Origin: Promethearchaeota archaeon | GTDB taxonomy: Archaea > Asgardarchaeota > Thorarchaeia > Thorarchaeales > Thorarchaeaceae | DNA length: 64,000 nt | Assembly: GCA_014728035.1 (NCBI GenBank) | Contig: WJMJ01000059.1 | Location: forward strand, 1-64,000 | Direction: 5' to 3' | Shown: positions 11,770 through 21,351 of the stretch, piece by piece | Layout of the letters: the number at the start of each line of letters is the position of its first letter | How positions within the stretch are numbered: the first letter of the stretch is position 1 | The notes under the pieces: model-generated | Database searches by the model: none | Told to the model about the DNA's origin: nothing | The model's input: only the letters and a program-made list of their open reading frames with translations | Program-made: the position numbers and the translations under genes

Positions 11770-13860
11770 ATGACCGGGCACGATTATCCTGAAACTCGAA
11801 AAGAAGACATCGTTGAAACCATTCATGGAGTTGAAGTTAGCGATCCCTATAGATGGTTGGAAAACACAGACGACCCTGAAGTTCAAGACTGGATTAAGAA
11901 ACAGATGGAGTTCAGCAAGAAGGTCATTGAGAGTTATGGTGACCAAGAACCTATTAAAGAACGACTCCGCGAACTATCCCTCTTTGATGCAATGTCAACA
12001 AAACCAGTGGTCATCAGAAAGACTGATTCGGGTTTTCGTTTTTTCTATCTTTTTAGATACAAAGATGACCATCAGATGCGACTCTGCTACCAGGACGGGT
12101 TCGATGGTGAACGAATTACATTGGTTAATCCCATTGATATTGACCCCGATGGAACAGTTCAGATTGATTGGTTCTCACCCTCTTGGGATGGCAAGTTAGT
12201 TGCGTATGGGTATTCAGAAGGCGGGAATGAATTATCTAATCTTCGAATTATGCATGTTGGTGATATGATACATCTATCTGATACGATAGAAGGCCTCAGA
12301 CTTGCCTCAGCTGTCTGGCTTCATGATTCAAGTGGGCTATATTATGTTTACAATTCTTTCCAACCAGAATGTGCTGGCAGATTTGCTGGTAGCGTTTTCT
12401 ATCATCAGATTGGTACATCTTCTGATGTAGATATCTGTGTTTTGTCTGGGAAAGGACGCCCTTTGGAGATGGTTTCCATATCTGGATCTCCTTCCTCTAA
12501 TTTGATATGTATAAAACGACAGCGTGCAAAAGGATCTGATCTACTCGTTTCAAAATATAAGCTATTAGAATCACCCAAATTGAATCCAATTCTCTTTCAA
12601 GAAGAATCCCCGTCTCTAGTTGTTCATCTACACAATGGTATTTTGTATGTGTTGAATCACATTCGGGCGTCTTTAGGTGAAATTATAACCTATGATTTGA
12701 CGAATTGGGATGGAATGAATCCTCCTGATAGCAAAATTTTACTTGAGGAAAGAGAGTACCTTATACATGATATGATTCCATTTGGTTCTTCTGTAATTTT
12801 TGTAGAGTTGCATGATGCATCTTCTTTACTTTGTAAAATGGATATTGAAACCAAAAAAATAGATACCTTGTTGGGTCAAAATCAATTCATTCGGATTCTA
12901 AGTCTGTCTTCAATAGAACAAACCAATGTCTTCTTGTGTTGTATGAATACATTTCATAGTCCTCATGAACAACTATTGTTTCATAAGGATACGGGGTTTT
13001 CATCATTCTTTCGTCCTAATGTGCATATAGATTCAGATGATTTTGTGACTAAACAAATCTGGTTTTCTTCTAAGGATGGCACCAATATTCCTATGTTCCT
13101 AATGCATCATAAAAATCTTGATTTAACTAACTCGCATCCGACAGTAATCAGTGGTTATGGTGGATTTGGAGAGTCTCAGATGCCCGTTTACTCTCCTCTC
13201 CATATTGTTTGGAATATTTTTGGTGGAATTTTTATCGTTGTCAATCTTCGAGGTGGTGGGGAATATGGAGAACGCTGGCATAGTCAAGGCATTCGTGAAC
13301 GAAAACAAAATGTTATTGACGATTTAGTTTCCAGTGCTGAGTGGATTTCAGAGCATAGTCTGTCCAATCGAAATATGATAGGTATTAGAGGTGGAAGTAA
13401 TGGTGGATTAATAGTAGCAGCTGCGGTGATTCAAAGACCAGATCTCTTTTCATCAGTATTTTCTATGTATCCTTTAACAGATATGATTAGATTCACTATT
13501 GATGAAATAAGCCAATATTGGATTCCTGAGTATGGCAATCCTGCTAATTCTGAGGATTTCAAGGTACTAATTTCATACAGTCCTTATCATAATGTCAGTA
13601 ATTCCTCACATTATCCCTCCGCTTTATTTTTTGTTGCAGCTAATGATGCTCGTGTAAATCCAATGCATTCTCTGAAGATGATTGCAAAATTACAAAATAC
13701 TTGCCAAGGTGGCCTTGATGATAATCAAATAATTCTCTGGTGGGATGAAGAATCTGGTCATCTTGGTGGAAAGACTATGGAAGACTGGATAAACTTGTGG
13801 TCTTTAGAAATAGTATTCCATGCATCTCAGCTTGGTCTTACTATAGAAATAAAAAAATAG
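11770..13860 (+). CDS. Prolyl oligopeptidase (S9A family)
   Basis: HGVEVSDPYRWLE N-terminus, GYGGF, NLRGGGEYG, catalytic GGSNGG, DARV, SGH. Confidence 0.93.
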   Translation: MTGHDYPETRKEDIVETIHGVEVSDPYRWLENTDDPEVQDWIKKQMEFSKKVIESYGDQEPIKERLRELSLFDAMSTKPVVIRKTDSGFRFFYLFRYKDDHQMRLCYQDGFDGERITLVNPIDIDPDGTVQIDWFSPSWDGKLVAYGYSEGGNELSNLRIMHVGDMIHLSDTIEGLRLASAVWLHDSSGLYYVYNSFQPECAGRFAGSVFYHQIGTSSDVDICVLSGKGRPLEMVSISGSPSSNLICIKRQRAKGSDLLVSKYKLLESPKLNPILFQEESPSLVVHLHNGILYVLNHIRASLGEIITYDLTNWDGMNPPDSKILLEEREYLIHDMIPFGSSVIFVELHDASSLLCKMDIETKKIDTLLGQNQFIRILSLSSIEQTNVFLCCMNTFHSPHEQLLFHKDTGFSSFFRPNVHIDSDDFVTKQIWFSSKDGTNIPMFLMHHKNLDLTNSHPTVISGYGGFGESQMPVYSPLHIVWNIFGGIFIVVNLRGGGEYGERWHSQGIRERKQNVIDDLVSSAEWISEHSLSNRNMIGIRGGSNGGLIVAAAVIQRPDLFSSVFSMYPLTDMIRFTIDEISQYWIPEYGNPANSEDFKVLISYSPYHNVSNSSHYPSALFFVAANDARVNPMHSLKMIAKLQNTCQGGLDDNQIILWWDEESGHLGGKTMEDWINLWSLEIVFHASQLGLTIEIKK

Positions 13861-13899
13861 AACGAGATACCTTCACAGGCACCTCTATTTTGTAGATAT

Positions 13900-13941
13900 T
13901 TACCATGGGCCATCTGGTGGTGGTTTAAGTGGTGCTTTCAT
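13900..13941 (-). CDS. Putative 13-aa proline-rich peptide MKAPLKPPPDGPW
   Basis: AAAGGAGA about 10 nt upstream of ATG; GNRA hairpin GAGGUGCCU-GUGA-AGGUAUCUC (13864-13885) downstream on the same strand. Confidence 0.4.
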   Translation of the reverse strand: MKAPLKPPPDGPW

Positions 13942-14234
13942 TGTCTTTGTTTCTCCTTTATTGAAGTTCTACCCTTTTATCTACGAACAATTGCAATATT
14001 CACAACGACTCTGTATTGTGAAAAAAAAGCGAAAAAGTAGCAAATATTCTCCAACTTTTTGAAGTATTCAAAGGTAAAAAATAGGAGGTTAAATATGGAA
14101 TGTATCGATATACTCTGTTAAGATGGACAGAAAATTTTCGGATAAGATATCTTAATTGACGCTTTTTGTCTTTCTGTTCTCTGTTAGATTTGCAAGATTG
14201 AAGAATTATGGAAGATAGAGACAATAACAATTTG

Positions 14235-14320
14235 TGGCGCTGAGGGAGGGATTTGAACCCTCGCGTGCTTCGCACACTAACTTAGCAGGCTAGCTCCCTG
14301 CCAGACTAGGAGACCTCAGC
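14235..14320 (-). tRNA. tRNA-Ser(GCT), intronless, encoded CCA
   Basis: GCTGAGG/CCTCAGC acceptor stem, anticodon loop CT-GCT-AA, long variable arm, TTCAAAT T-loop, G73. Confidence 0.95.
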
Positions 14321-14419
14321 GTATCTACCCATTACATTTTATAAATTGTTGTGGGCGAATTTGTTGAGTGAAGTGTTATCTCTTAAACCTTATTCTCATT
14401 ACAGAAAAAGAGCCAAGAA

Positions 14420-14733
14420 GTGCAGCGGCTCCCTTTGTATTGAATGTCCCTTCCGCGCTTGGTTTACATGTGCTTCACTCAAAGCAGCTACCCCTGAGGC
14501 TCCACAACCTAATCTTAGGGCTGTTCTCTCCCGAGCCTGACCCTTTTCGACAATCTAAATCGCTCATCACAGACCTACGAATGTGACTGCGATCGAAGCA
14601 GACTTCAGGGACTACTTGTCAACGTTTAGCGACAAAGCCTAACGAGGTTAGGTTTCATCCGCCACCGGGTTACTGGCGCCACTATTGCCTTGTGGTTGAA
14701 GCCGCGGCAAACGGCCCGCCCTGCCCGCTGCAG
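14420..14733 (-). ncRNA. ffs: Archaeal SRP (7S) RNA
   Basis: About 314 nt; terminal helix UGCAGCGG/CCGCUGCA; helix-8-like CAGGCUC-GGGA-GAGAACAGC; GAAA loop in a helix-6-like stem; next to tRNA-Ser. Confidence 0.88.
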
Positions 14734-14783
14734 TTGGAAGATTTCTGTAGAACGCCTAAAAACATTGTGAATTGTTCAAAGGT

Positions 14784-16580
14784 CTAGACAAAAGCTCCAG
14801 CTGCACGTTTTACCTGAATTATCTCTTTCAGAACTTCGCGCTCTGAAGGCGAGATGTCTTCGAAGAAGTTCTTTCTAATCGCATGAACATGAGAGTCGGG
14901 CATATCAACATAGAGGACTTCATCTTCTTTGATTTGTCTGCCGATAGTCGGGCCTCGGATAGAAACAGCTACTTCCATTCCATCAGTTGCTTCATTGATG
15001 TTCACGCTTCTATCTTGTATCTGAAGAATCATACCAACCCTTTTTCCATCTGCGTTGATGAGGCCTACCTTGGGTTCAATCCTGCCACTTACACGGACAC
15101 CTGCGATAGCAGGATTCTTGTGACGAAAGACATAATCTGGAATTAGTTCAATTTTTCCTGGTCTAATAATCGTTCCAAGGGATTCAGCTTTTGCTTGCTC
15201 TCTTTTGACAATCTGCCATGCATTGTATTCATCATAAAGACGATAGATGACCTCGCTACGAAAGACTTCCACCCCATATTCAGCTGCAAGGTCTTCAATA
15301 TCTGGAGCGAATTTCACATTGAATGCGAGTATTACTGCATTAATTGGATCTGTATCACCAGCTGCAAAAGCCTCCAAGACATCACGTTTTACAATAGGCC
15401 CAACATCTGCAACACGAACAGGAACTTTTCTATCTTGGAGAAAAGTGGTTACGGCTTCCAATGATCCTAATGTATCTGCTTTGACTACAATTCCCGCGGA
15501 GTCATGATGAATCCTGATCGAACTTACTTCATCACGCACCTTTTTGCGGACCTCTTCAAGATTCTCCGGATTCGATACCGCATACACTGGAGCACCAGCC
15601 ACAGCTCCTGTTATATCGGGGGCTACAATCTTCACACCCGCAGCTGCATGTACTTCAGAAACTGGATTGAATTTCTCCTTTGGATCTCGAATCTCATCCA
15701 ACTCTTTGGGTTGTAGAAGCGTACGTATTTTCGCGACGATTTCCCCTTCCAGCCCTCCTACAACAATCGTATCTGTTTTCTTGAGAGTTCCTTCATAGAT
15801 TATTGTGTCTAATGTAAGTCCCAATCCGGTTTCCTCCCGTACTTCTAGAATAGCACCTCGGGCAGGACCACTGACCACTCGCAATCGGTCTTTCATAAAT
15901 TGCTGAGTGAGACCTGAAAGGACCATAAGGAGCTCCGGAATCCCCTCCCCTGTCATAGCACTTGTTGGCACAATAGCTACTGTGTTTTTGAAATTTCTAA
16001 CTCGGTCAAATCTCTCTGAATTCAGATTATTTGCAGAGAGTGCTCCAACTATCTCGTATATCCGCCTATCAATCTCTGCTTGTACAGATTTGCTCTGTGC
16101 TTTTATCGCCTGGACCAATGGCATTCCGGGTTTCTCTTTCCAGCCTGGTACTTTATCCAGCTTGTTTGCTACCACTAGGAATGGTGTTTTACCAGATTGA
16201 AGAATCTTTAATGACTCATATGTTTGAGTTAGAGCCCCCTCGTTAATATCTATCACCAGAATTGCAATATCTGCAATAGCTCCACCACGTCTTCTCAGGT
16301 TTAGATATGCTTCATGACCTGGTGTATCTATGAATAATAGGCCATCAATTGTCAATTCGGTCTTGACGGCCTTCAGCAGGTCTCCACATATCTCAAGAAT
16401 GGTCGCAGTTGGAAAAAATGAAGCTCCAATATGCTGTGTGATCCCTGCTGCTTCTCGAACTTGTACTCCAGTACCTCGCATTTTATCTAACAAAGATGTC
16501 TTTCCATGATCAATATGACCTAATACTGTGACGATTGGAGATCGAAGCTTTGCCTTTTTCCCTGATGAAGACTCTGACAT
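14784..16580 (-). CDS. infB: Translation initiation factor aIF5B (IF-2)
   Basis: LRSPIVTVLGHIDHGKTSLLD, GITQHIGA, DTPGH, NKLD, KADTLGSLEA. Confidence 0.98.
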   Translation of the reverse strand: MSESSSGKKAKLRSPIVTVLGHIDHGKTSLLDKMRGTGVQVREAAGITQHIGASFFPTATILEICGDLLKAVKTELTIDGLLFIDTPGHEAYLNLRRRGGAIADIAILVIDINEGALTQTYESLKILQSGKTPFLVVANKLDKVPGWKEKPGMPLVQAIKAQSKSVQAEIDRRIYEIVGALSANNLNSERFDRVRNFKNTVAIVPTSAMTGEGIPELLMVLSGLTQQFMKDRLRVVSGPARGAILEVREETGLGLTLDTIIYEGTLKKTDTIVVGGLEGEIVAKIRTLLQPKELDEIRDPKEKFNPVSEVHAAAGVKIVAPDITGAVAGAPVYAVSNPENLEEVRKKVRDEVSSIRIHHDSAGIVVKADTLGSLEAVTTFLQDRKVPVRVADVGPIVKRDVLEAFAAGDTDPINAVILAFNVKFAPDIEDLAAEYGVEVFRSEVIYRLYDEYNAWQIVKREQAKAESLGTIIRPGKIELIPDYVFRHKNPAIAGVRVSGRIEPKVGLINADGKRVGMILQIQDRSVNINEATDGMEVAVSIRGPTIGRQIKEDEVLYVDMPDSHVHAIRKNFFEDISPSEREVLKEIIQVKRAAGAFV

Positions 16581-16749
16581 TTTGACACCCCATAAACAGA
16601 CTGGATTCCGACTTTGGAAAATATCTTATGAAATTGTCGTTTAGACAACGAATCATGGTCTATGTCACAAATCTAAAATAACTAGTCTATTCGATTTGGA
16701 CATAGAACGGATATGACATTTCAGTGTATCCGAACAATTGGTGAGATAA

Positions 16750-17415
16750 TTGGAGAAATCCTTTGTTATACTAAAACCGGATGGGACTTGTAGAAGAACA
16801 GTGAGTGCAATAGTATTGAAGGCACTTATAGATATGGGATATTCAGTAAAAGCATTTCAAGAAATACAAGTTTCCAAAGCACTTGCGGAACAACATTATG
16901 GGGTTCACAAAGAAAAACCATTCTTTCCATGGCTTGTTCAGTTCATTACTGCTTCACCAGTATTGGCAATAATCTTTGAAGGCCCTAATGTCATTCAGGG
17001 AATCCGAAACGCTTTGGGTGCAACATTCGTTCAGAAAGCTTCAGATGAATCTCTTCGTGGAAGATATGGTATTTGGGCCGGAATCAATCTTGCTCATGCT
17101 TCTGATGGCATTGAGACTGCAACTCAAGAAACCGACCTTTGGACTGGTCAGAGTGACCTAGCTATATCTGAAGACGCAAAAGAACGTGCCAGTCAGTATG
17201 TTGATAGATACATAGGCGGTGCTATTGATTACACTATGGAGATTCGCAATGTTGTGCGTGGAGCTATCAAGGCTCATGATACTTCTGACGATGTCATGAA
17301 GCAACTAATCGACTTACTAGGGAAAGATGCTTCGGGAATCGATCAGAAATCTATTCAGAACCTGGCAGAAGCTATCTTTGCGTTTATTGAAGAAGAAGTA
17401 GAAAAATCAGATTAG
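16750..17415 (+). CDS. ndk: Nucleoside diphosphate kinase with C-terminal extension
   Basis: EKSFVILKPDG, HYGVHKEKPFFPWLVQFIT, SLRGRYG, NLAHASD (phospho-His). Confidence 0.9.
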   Translation: MEKSFVILKPDGTCRRTVSAIVLKALIDMGYSVKAFQEIQVSKALAEQHYGVHKEKPFFPWLVQFITASPVLAIIFEGPNVIQGIRNALGATFVQKASDESLRGRYGIWAGINLAHASDGIETATQETDLWTGQSDLAISEDAKERASQYVDRYIGGAIDYTMEIRNVVRGAIKAHDTSDDVMKQLIDLLGKDASGIDQKSIQNLAEAIFAFIEEEVEKSD

Positions 17416-17426
17416 TTATCAATTGC

Positions 17427-17449
17427 AGAGGGGAGTTATTTTCCCCTCT
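17427..17449. terminator. Hairpin between convergent ndk and rpl24e
   Basis: AGAGGGGA...TCCCCTCT inverted repeat. Confidence 0.5.
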
Positions 17450-17462
17450 ACTGTTGAAATTT

Positions 17463-17660
17463 CTAGCGGGCTTTTCCGCCTTTCTCAAATCCTTTGGTCC
17501 ACTTTGTGTCACGAGGACGCATCTTTTTGTCAATTCTAGACTTTTTGCATTTGTTTGAACAGAACCATAGAACTGATCCGTCTTTCGTCTGAACATATGC
17601 TAAACCAGTACCTGGCTCAATATCCTTTCCACAGAATGTGCATCTCTGGGTGCCAACCAT
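17463..17660 (-). CDS. rpl24e: 50S ribosomal protein L24e
   Basis: CTFCGKDIEPGTG...FCSNKC...KWT. Confidence 0.96.
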   Translation of the reverse strand: MVGTQRCTFCGKDIEPGTGLAYVQTKDGSVLWFCSNKCKKSRIDKKMRPRDTKWTKGFEKGGKAR

Positions 17661-17664
17661 ATGT

Positions 17665-17883
17665 CTAACGCCTCCTCATCTTTCTGGCTTCTCGTTCAGT
17701 TTCTCTAAGTATGAGAATATCTCCGAGTCTGACAGGGCCCTTTACATTTCTCGTAAGAACTCGACCCTTATCCCTTCCATCAAGAATCTTGACTCGTACT
17801 TGTGTAATCTCTCCAGTAACACCTGTACGTCCAAGAAGCTGAATCACCTCTGCAGGAATGGCTGGGCTGTCTTCTTTGCTCAT
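17665..17883 (-). CDS. rps28e: 30S ribosomal protein S28e
   Basis: [35 protein letters not shown]. Confidence 0.97.
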   Translation of the reverse strand: MSKEDSPAIPAEVIQLLGRTGVTGEITQVRVKILDGRDKGRVLTRNVKGPVRLGDILILRETEREARKMRRR

Positions 17884-17905
17884 TTTTCACCATCACCTAG
17901 AGAAT

Positions 17906-18277
17906 CTATTTTCGGATTGCTGCTATTTTTTCAACAACATCGCTTACTACATTCTTGCCCTTACCCTCGACCACAATTGCGACAGCTGCTGTGGGTCGTT
18001 CGATACCTGCTGCTGCGCCTAAGTCTTTCTTACTTGGGACAAATATGTAAGGAGCTTTTTTATCATCACAAAGACCTGGAATAAACATGACTATCTCTAC
18101 GGGGTCAACATCTTCCGCAACGAGTACGAGTTTGGCAATTCCTCTCTCAATGCTTTTTGTGACCTCATTAATTCCTTTCTTAATTCTTCCAGTATCTTTG
18201 GCCATTTCTAGAGATTCCAGAGCCTTCTTCTGAAGTTCCTCTGTTGCTTCCCATTCTACAAAACTTGGTTTTGGCAT
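17906..18277 (-). CDS. rpl7ae: Ribosomal protein L7Ae
   Basis: GRIKKGINEVTKSIERG.AKLV..AEDVDP, SKKDLGAAAG. Confidence 0.97.
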   Translation of the reverse strand: MPKPSFVEWEATEELQKKALESLEMAKDTGRIKKGINEVTKSIERGIAKLVLVAEDVDPVEIVMFIPGLCDDKKAPYIFVPSKKDLGAAAGIERPTAAVAIVVEGKGKNVVSDVVEKIAAIRK

Positions 18278-18383
18278 ATGTTAATACCTCTGTTTTCACT
18301 TCATTGGTAATGAAATTAAACTGCTCCATGAGCATGTTCTGGTCGCCGTGCTTCCAGTTTCTTTTAAAACTGTCGAAGTGTAT

Positions 18384-19415
18384 TCAATAGTTGAGCTCTT
18401 GGCATGCCTTAATAATATCAGTATCATCCACGTTTAAATGTTCGAGAACTGAATATCGTTTGCGCTTTCCCATTATTCTTAGAGCGTGGTGTATATCATC
18501 CAAAAACTGCTCACGTGTCAATTTCATATCCTCGAAAGTGAGTGGCATATCTCGATCTCTCATATATTCTTGAATATCAATAGGCCTGTGTTTAGTGTAA
18601 TCAACTTGCTTCAAAAAATGAACACATAATGGTGTGGCAAATGCCACTTGAATACCATGGAGGTTTTGATTGCGCCTATCCATCGCATGAGATATTGCAT
18701 GTTCTGTTCCAGAACAGGGTCTTGAGCTTTGAGCCAGATTCATTGCTTTTCCTGAATCTATCTCAGCTTGAATCAATGATTCTAGATCATCATTTCTCAG
18801 AACTGATTGAAGAGCAGACTCAACGAGATTGTATACTTCTTCAAGGAATTCTTCATCATTGTGGTCATGAGCAAGTTTCCATTCAGCTAAACTTGAGACC
18901 TTACATATAATGTCACCAGTGCCTGCTTTCCTCAGTATTGTTGGTGCTTGTTCAATTATATCAATATCTGCAATCACTGCAATTGGACTTTTACATTTCT
19001 TTGAATATCTATACCCATTTTGAATGACCGATGCAACATCACTCGCTATACCATCATGTGATGCGGCTGTTGGAACTGAAACCCAGTCGATGCTATACTC
19101 GCGTGCAAGTAACTTTGCGGTATCAATACTTCTTCCCCCTCCAAATCCAATAATTATATCCGCTTGTTTTGGGATTTCTTCTTGTGAATTGTTTGGCGCC
19201 ATTATCCATGCTGGACATGTACCAGTTGAATCCTCCAGATACTGTTGATATTTTGTATATATTAACTCATCACTGACACAGACTGGATTTGTGTAATCTC
19301 CTAGAATATCACATAGTCGACTTAGTGCTCCTCTCTCGATAATGACTATGCGAGGATCTGTGTCTGACATCTTTTTGGGCTCTCGCTTGATTTCTTGAAG
19401 CTCCTTGTTAAGCAT
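18384..19415 (-). CDS. egsA: sn-glycerol-1-phosphate dehydrogenase
   Basis: GGGRSIDTAK, PTAASHDGIAS, SSRPCSGTEHAISH, LHGIQV. Confidence 0.92.
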   Translation of the reverse strand: MLNKELQEIKREPKKMSDTDPRIVIIERGALSRLCDILGDYTNPVCVSDELIYTKYQQYLEDSTGTCPAWIMAPNNSQEEIPKQADIIIGFGGGRSIDTAKLLAREYSIDWVSVPTAASHDGIASDVASVIQNGYRYSKKCKSPIAVIADIDIIEQAPTILRKAGTGDIICKVSSLAEWKLAHDHNDEEFLEEVYNLVESALQSVLRNDDLESLIQAEIDSGKAMNLAQSSRPCSGTEHAISHAMDRRNQNLHGIQVAFATPLCVHFLKQVDYTKHRPIDIQEYMRDRDMPLTFEDMKLTREQFLDDIHHALRIMGKRKRYSVLEHLNVDDTDIIKACQELNY

Positions 19416-19538
19416 TACTAACTAACGAGTTTTTATCTCGTTGCAATTGATATTCTCGTATATGTATAGCGTGTATTTCGCTCATAATACACTAGATGAT
19501 ATGTGAGTTTTGCTGGACATGTAATGGAGTCAAATACC

Positions 19539-20036
19539 ATGTCACAATATGTCAAGGTTGCCCTCATGGGGGCTGGATATGCTGGAAAATCTACTATAAT
19601 CAAGTTACTGACTGATAAAGCTACCAAATTGGAAACTAATTATCGCCCTACAGCAGGAATGGACTGTGGAACTATCACACTTGATGACACTACAAAAGTC
19701 ACACTCGTTGAGATGGGTGGACAGAACCATTTTGAGTTCATGTGGCCTGACTTGTTAAAGGGTAGCACGATGGTGGTCATTGTGACTGAAAGCACTCCAA
19801 AGGCTGTATTGAAAACGAGGCAGATTTTGGAAAAATACCGTCAGCAATTAGATGGCATGCAAGTCATTGCCATTGCTAACAAGCAGGATTTAGCTGGTTC
19901 GATGAAACCGGAGTCAGTTCAAGATTTATTGGGTATTCCCACATATGGAATGGTTGCCATTGATCCAAAACAACGAATCACAGGTTACAAACTCATTCTT
20001 AACGGTCTCAGAGATATGGTTCAAGTAGCCGCTTAG
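19539..20036 (+). CDS. Small Arf/Rab-like GTPase
   Basis: G1 GAGYAGKST, G2 PTAG, G3-like EMGGQ, G4 ANKQDL. Confidence 0.9.
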   Translation: MSQYVKVALMGAGYAGKSTIIKLLTDKATKLETNYRPTAGMDCGTITLDDTTKVTLVEMGGQNHFEFMWPDLLKGSTMVVIVTESTPKAVLKTRQILEKYRQQLDGMQVIAIANKQDLAGSMKPESVQDLLGIPTYGMVAIDPKQRITGYKLILNGLRDMVQVAA

Positions 20037-20152
20037 AAACTCAATTTATTTCTATGAGGTATGAATCACATCTTGATACTAAGGCATCATAGAATGTGAT
20101 TTCCTTATGTGACACGGAAAATTCTCCAAGTAAATGGGCCATGAGCCCATAT

Positions 20153-21088
20153 TCATTTTTCTGGATAGAATTGTTCATACCATGTAATGGTTTCATTCAA
20201 TCCTTCATCAAGACTCCATCTCGGAACGAAATCGAGAATTTCTTTCATAGTTTCTATACTGCCAATATGTGATGTTCCCCAGTTAGGTCGTGGCTTCTTG
20301 AATTTTATTTTTGATTTACTCCTCTTAACTAACTGGATTACTCTCTGTGCAATATGCCCTATTGTTACAATTTCTGGCCCACCAATATTGATAATTTCTT
20401 CACGTATTGTTGATTTTTTGCTAGCTAGTATTATGGCGTCCAAGAGATCAGATACATAGATCGGTGTATATTCGTAACTTCCATTTCCTTCAAGAGTAAT
20501 CGATTCATCTTTCATGGCTTGATTGATGAATATTGAAACTGCACCATGATTCTTTGCCTGTTTTGGTCCGTATACATTGAAGAGCCGCAGAATTGCTGTT
20601 TTAATACCATATTGGCGATGATAGACTTGTATATATTTCTCTGCAGATAGCTTTGAGGCGGCATAGACATTTTGAGGATTGGTCTTGGTTTTTTCTGTAA
20701 TAGGTGACTCGCTAGATACTCCATAAACCGCAGCACTGGAGCTGAAAACAATCTTTTTGATGTCATTTTGTCTAACAAACTCCAAAATATTTACGGTGCC
20801 AGTGACATTTATCTCAGTCAGTACGATAGGTGTAGCATTGTTTCTATTTGTGGCAAGATGAAATACTGTATCAATTTCGTGTTCTACTCTTTGAGTGGGA
20901 TTAATTCGCATAATATCCGTTTCAAGTAACTCAAAAGAAGAATTATCGATGAAAGAAACAAAATTGTGTTGTTTTTCTTTTCTTGGATTCCCTATTCCAA
21001 TGACATGATATTTTTTCTTGAGCAAACTTTCTACCAAATTACTTCCAATAAATCCAAAACATCCCGTAACAAGAACCGTCTGACTCAT
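20153..21088 (-). CDS. NAD-dependent nucleotide-sugar epimerase/dehydratase
   Basis: TGCFGFIG, SSAAVYG, YAASK, LRLFNVYGP. Confidence 0.92.
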   Translation of the reverse strand: MSQTVLVTGCFGFIGSNLVESLLKKKYHVIGIGNPRKEKQHNFVSFIDNSSFELLETDIMRINPTQRVEHEIDTVFHLATNRNNATPIVLTEINVTGTVNILEFVRQNDIKKIVFSSSAAVYGVSSESPITEKTKTNPQNVYAASKLSAEKYIQVYHRQYGIKTAILRLFNVYGPKQAKNHGAVSIFINQAMKDESITLEGNGSYEYTPIYVSDLLDAIILASKKSTIREEIINIGGPEIVTIGHIAQRVIQLVKRSKSKIKFKKPRPNWGTSHIGSIETMKEILDFVPRWSLDEGLNETITWYEQFYPEK

Positions 21089-21243
21089 CTTTGACGCACT
21101 TGTTTTCCTGACTTCAAATTGTTATTTAATCAATGCTGTTGAATACATCTCTCTATTTTCTATGTGAATCTACTGTTGTTTGGTGAATAGAAGAAATAAC
21201 AAACACTCCCAAACGCTTTTATGGACTTGGAATCGAGTTCGTG

Positions 21244-21324
21244 TTACCCAAGGCACGGGCGAGTGAGCTAAGACCATAATTGTATTCTTGGCGAGTCCGT
21301 CCGGGATTAGTGTCTTTTGGGTAA
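21244..21324 (+). promoter_or_regulatory. Structured leader (K-turn-like hairpin) upstream of the rpo3 operon
   Basis: UUACCCAA/UUGGGUAA base stem; ACGGGC/GUCCGU stem; bulge plus tandem GA/GA; GCUAAGA/UCUUGGC upper stem. Begins about 22 nt after TTTTATG. Confidence 0.55.
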
Positions 21325-21351
21325 TTATTACCTCCGCGGTCAGGTGAGACA

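Noticed and set aside
9647-14234. Integrated element at tRNA-Ser
   Set aside because: No integrase and no duplicated tRNA 3' end found by eye.
14346-14733. Short ORFs or RNase P RNA
   Set aside because: The helix-8 motif and terminal helix fit SRP RNA; no RNase P GAGGAAAGUCC-type P4 motif was seen.
18278-18370. K-turn in the rpl7ae leader
   Set aside because: Small hairpins are present but no convincing opposed GA/GA pair with flanking stems.
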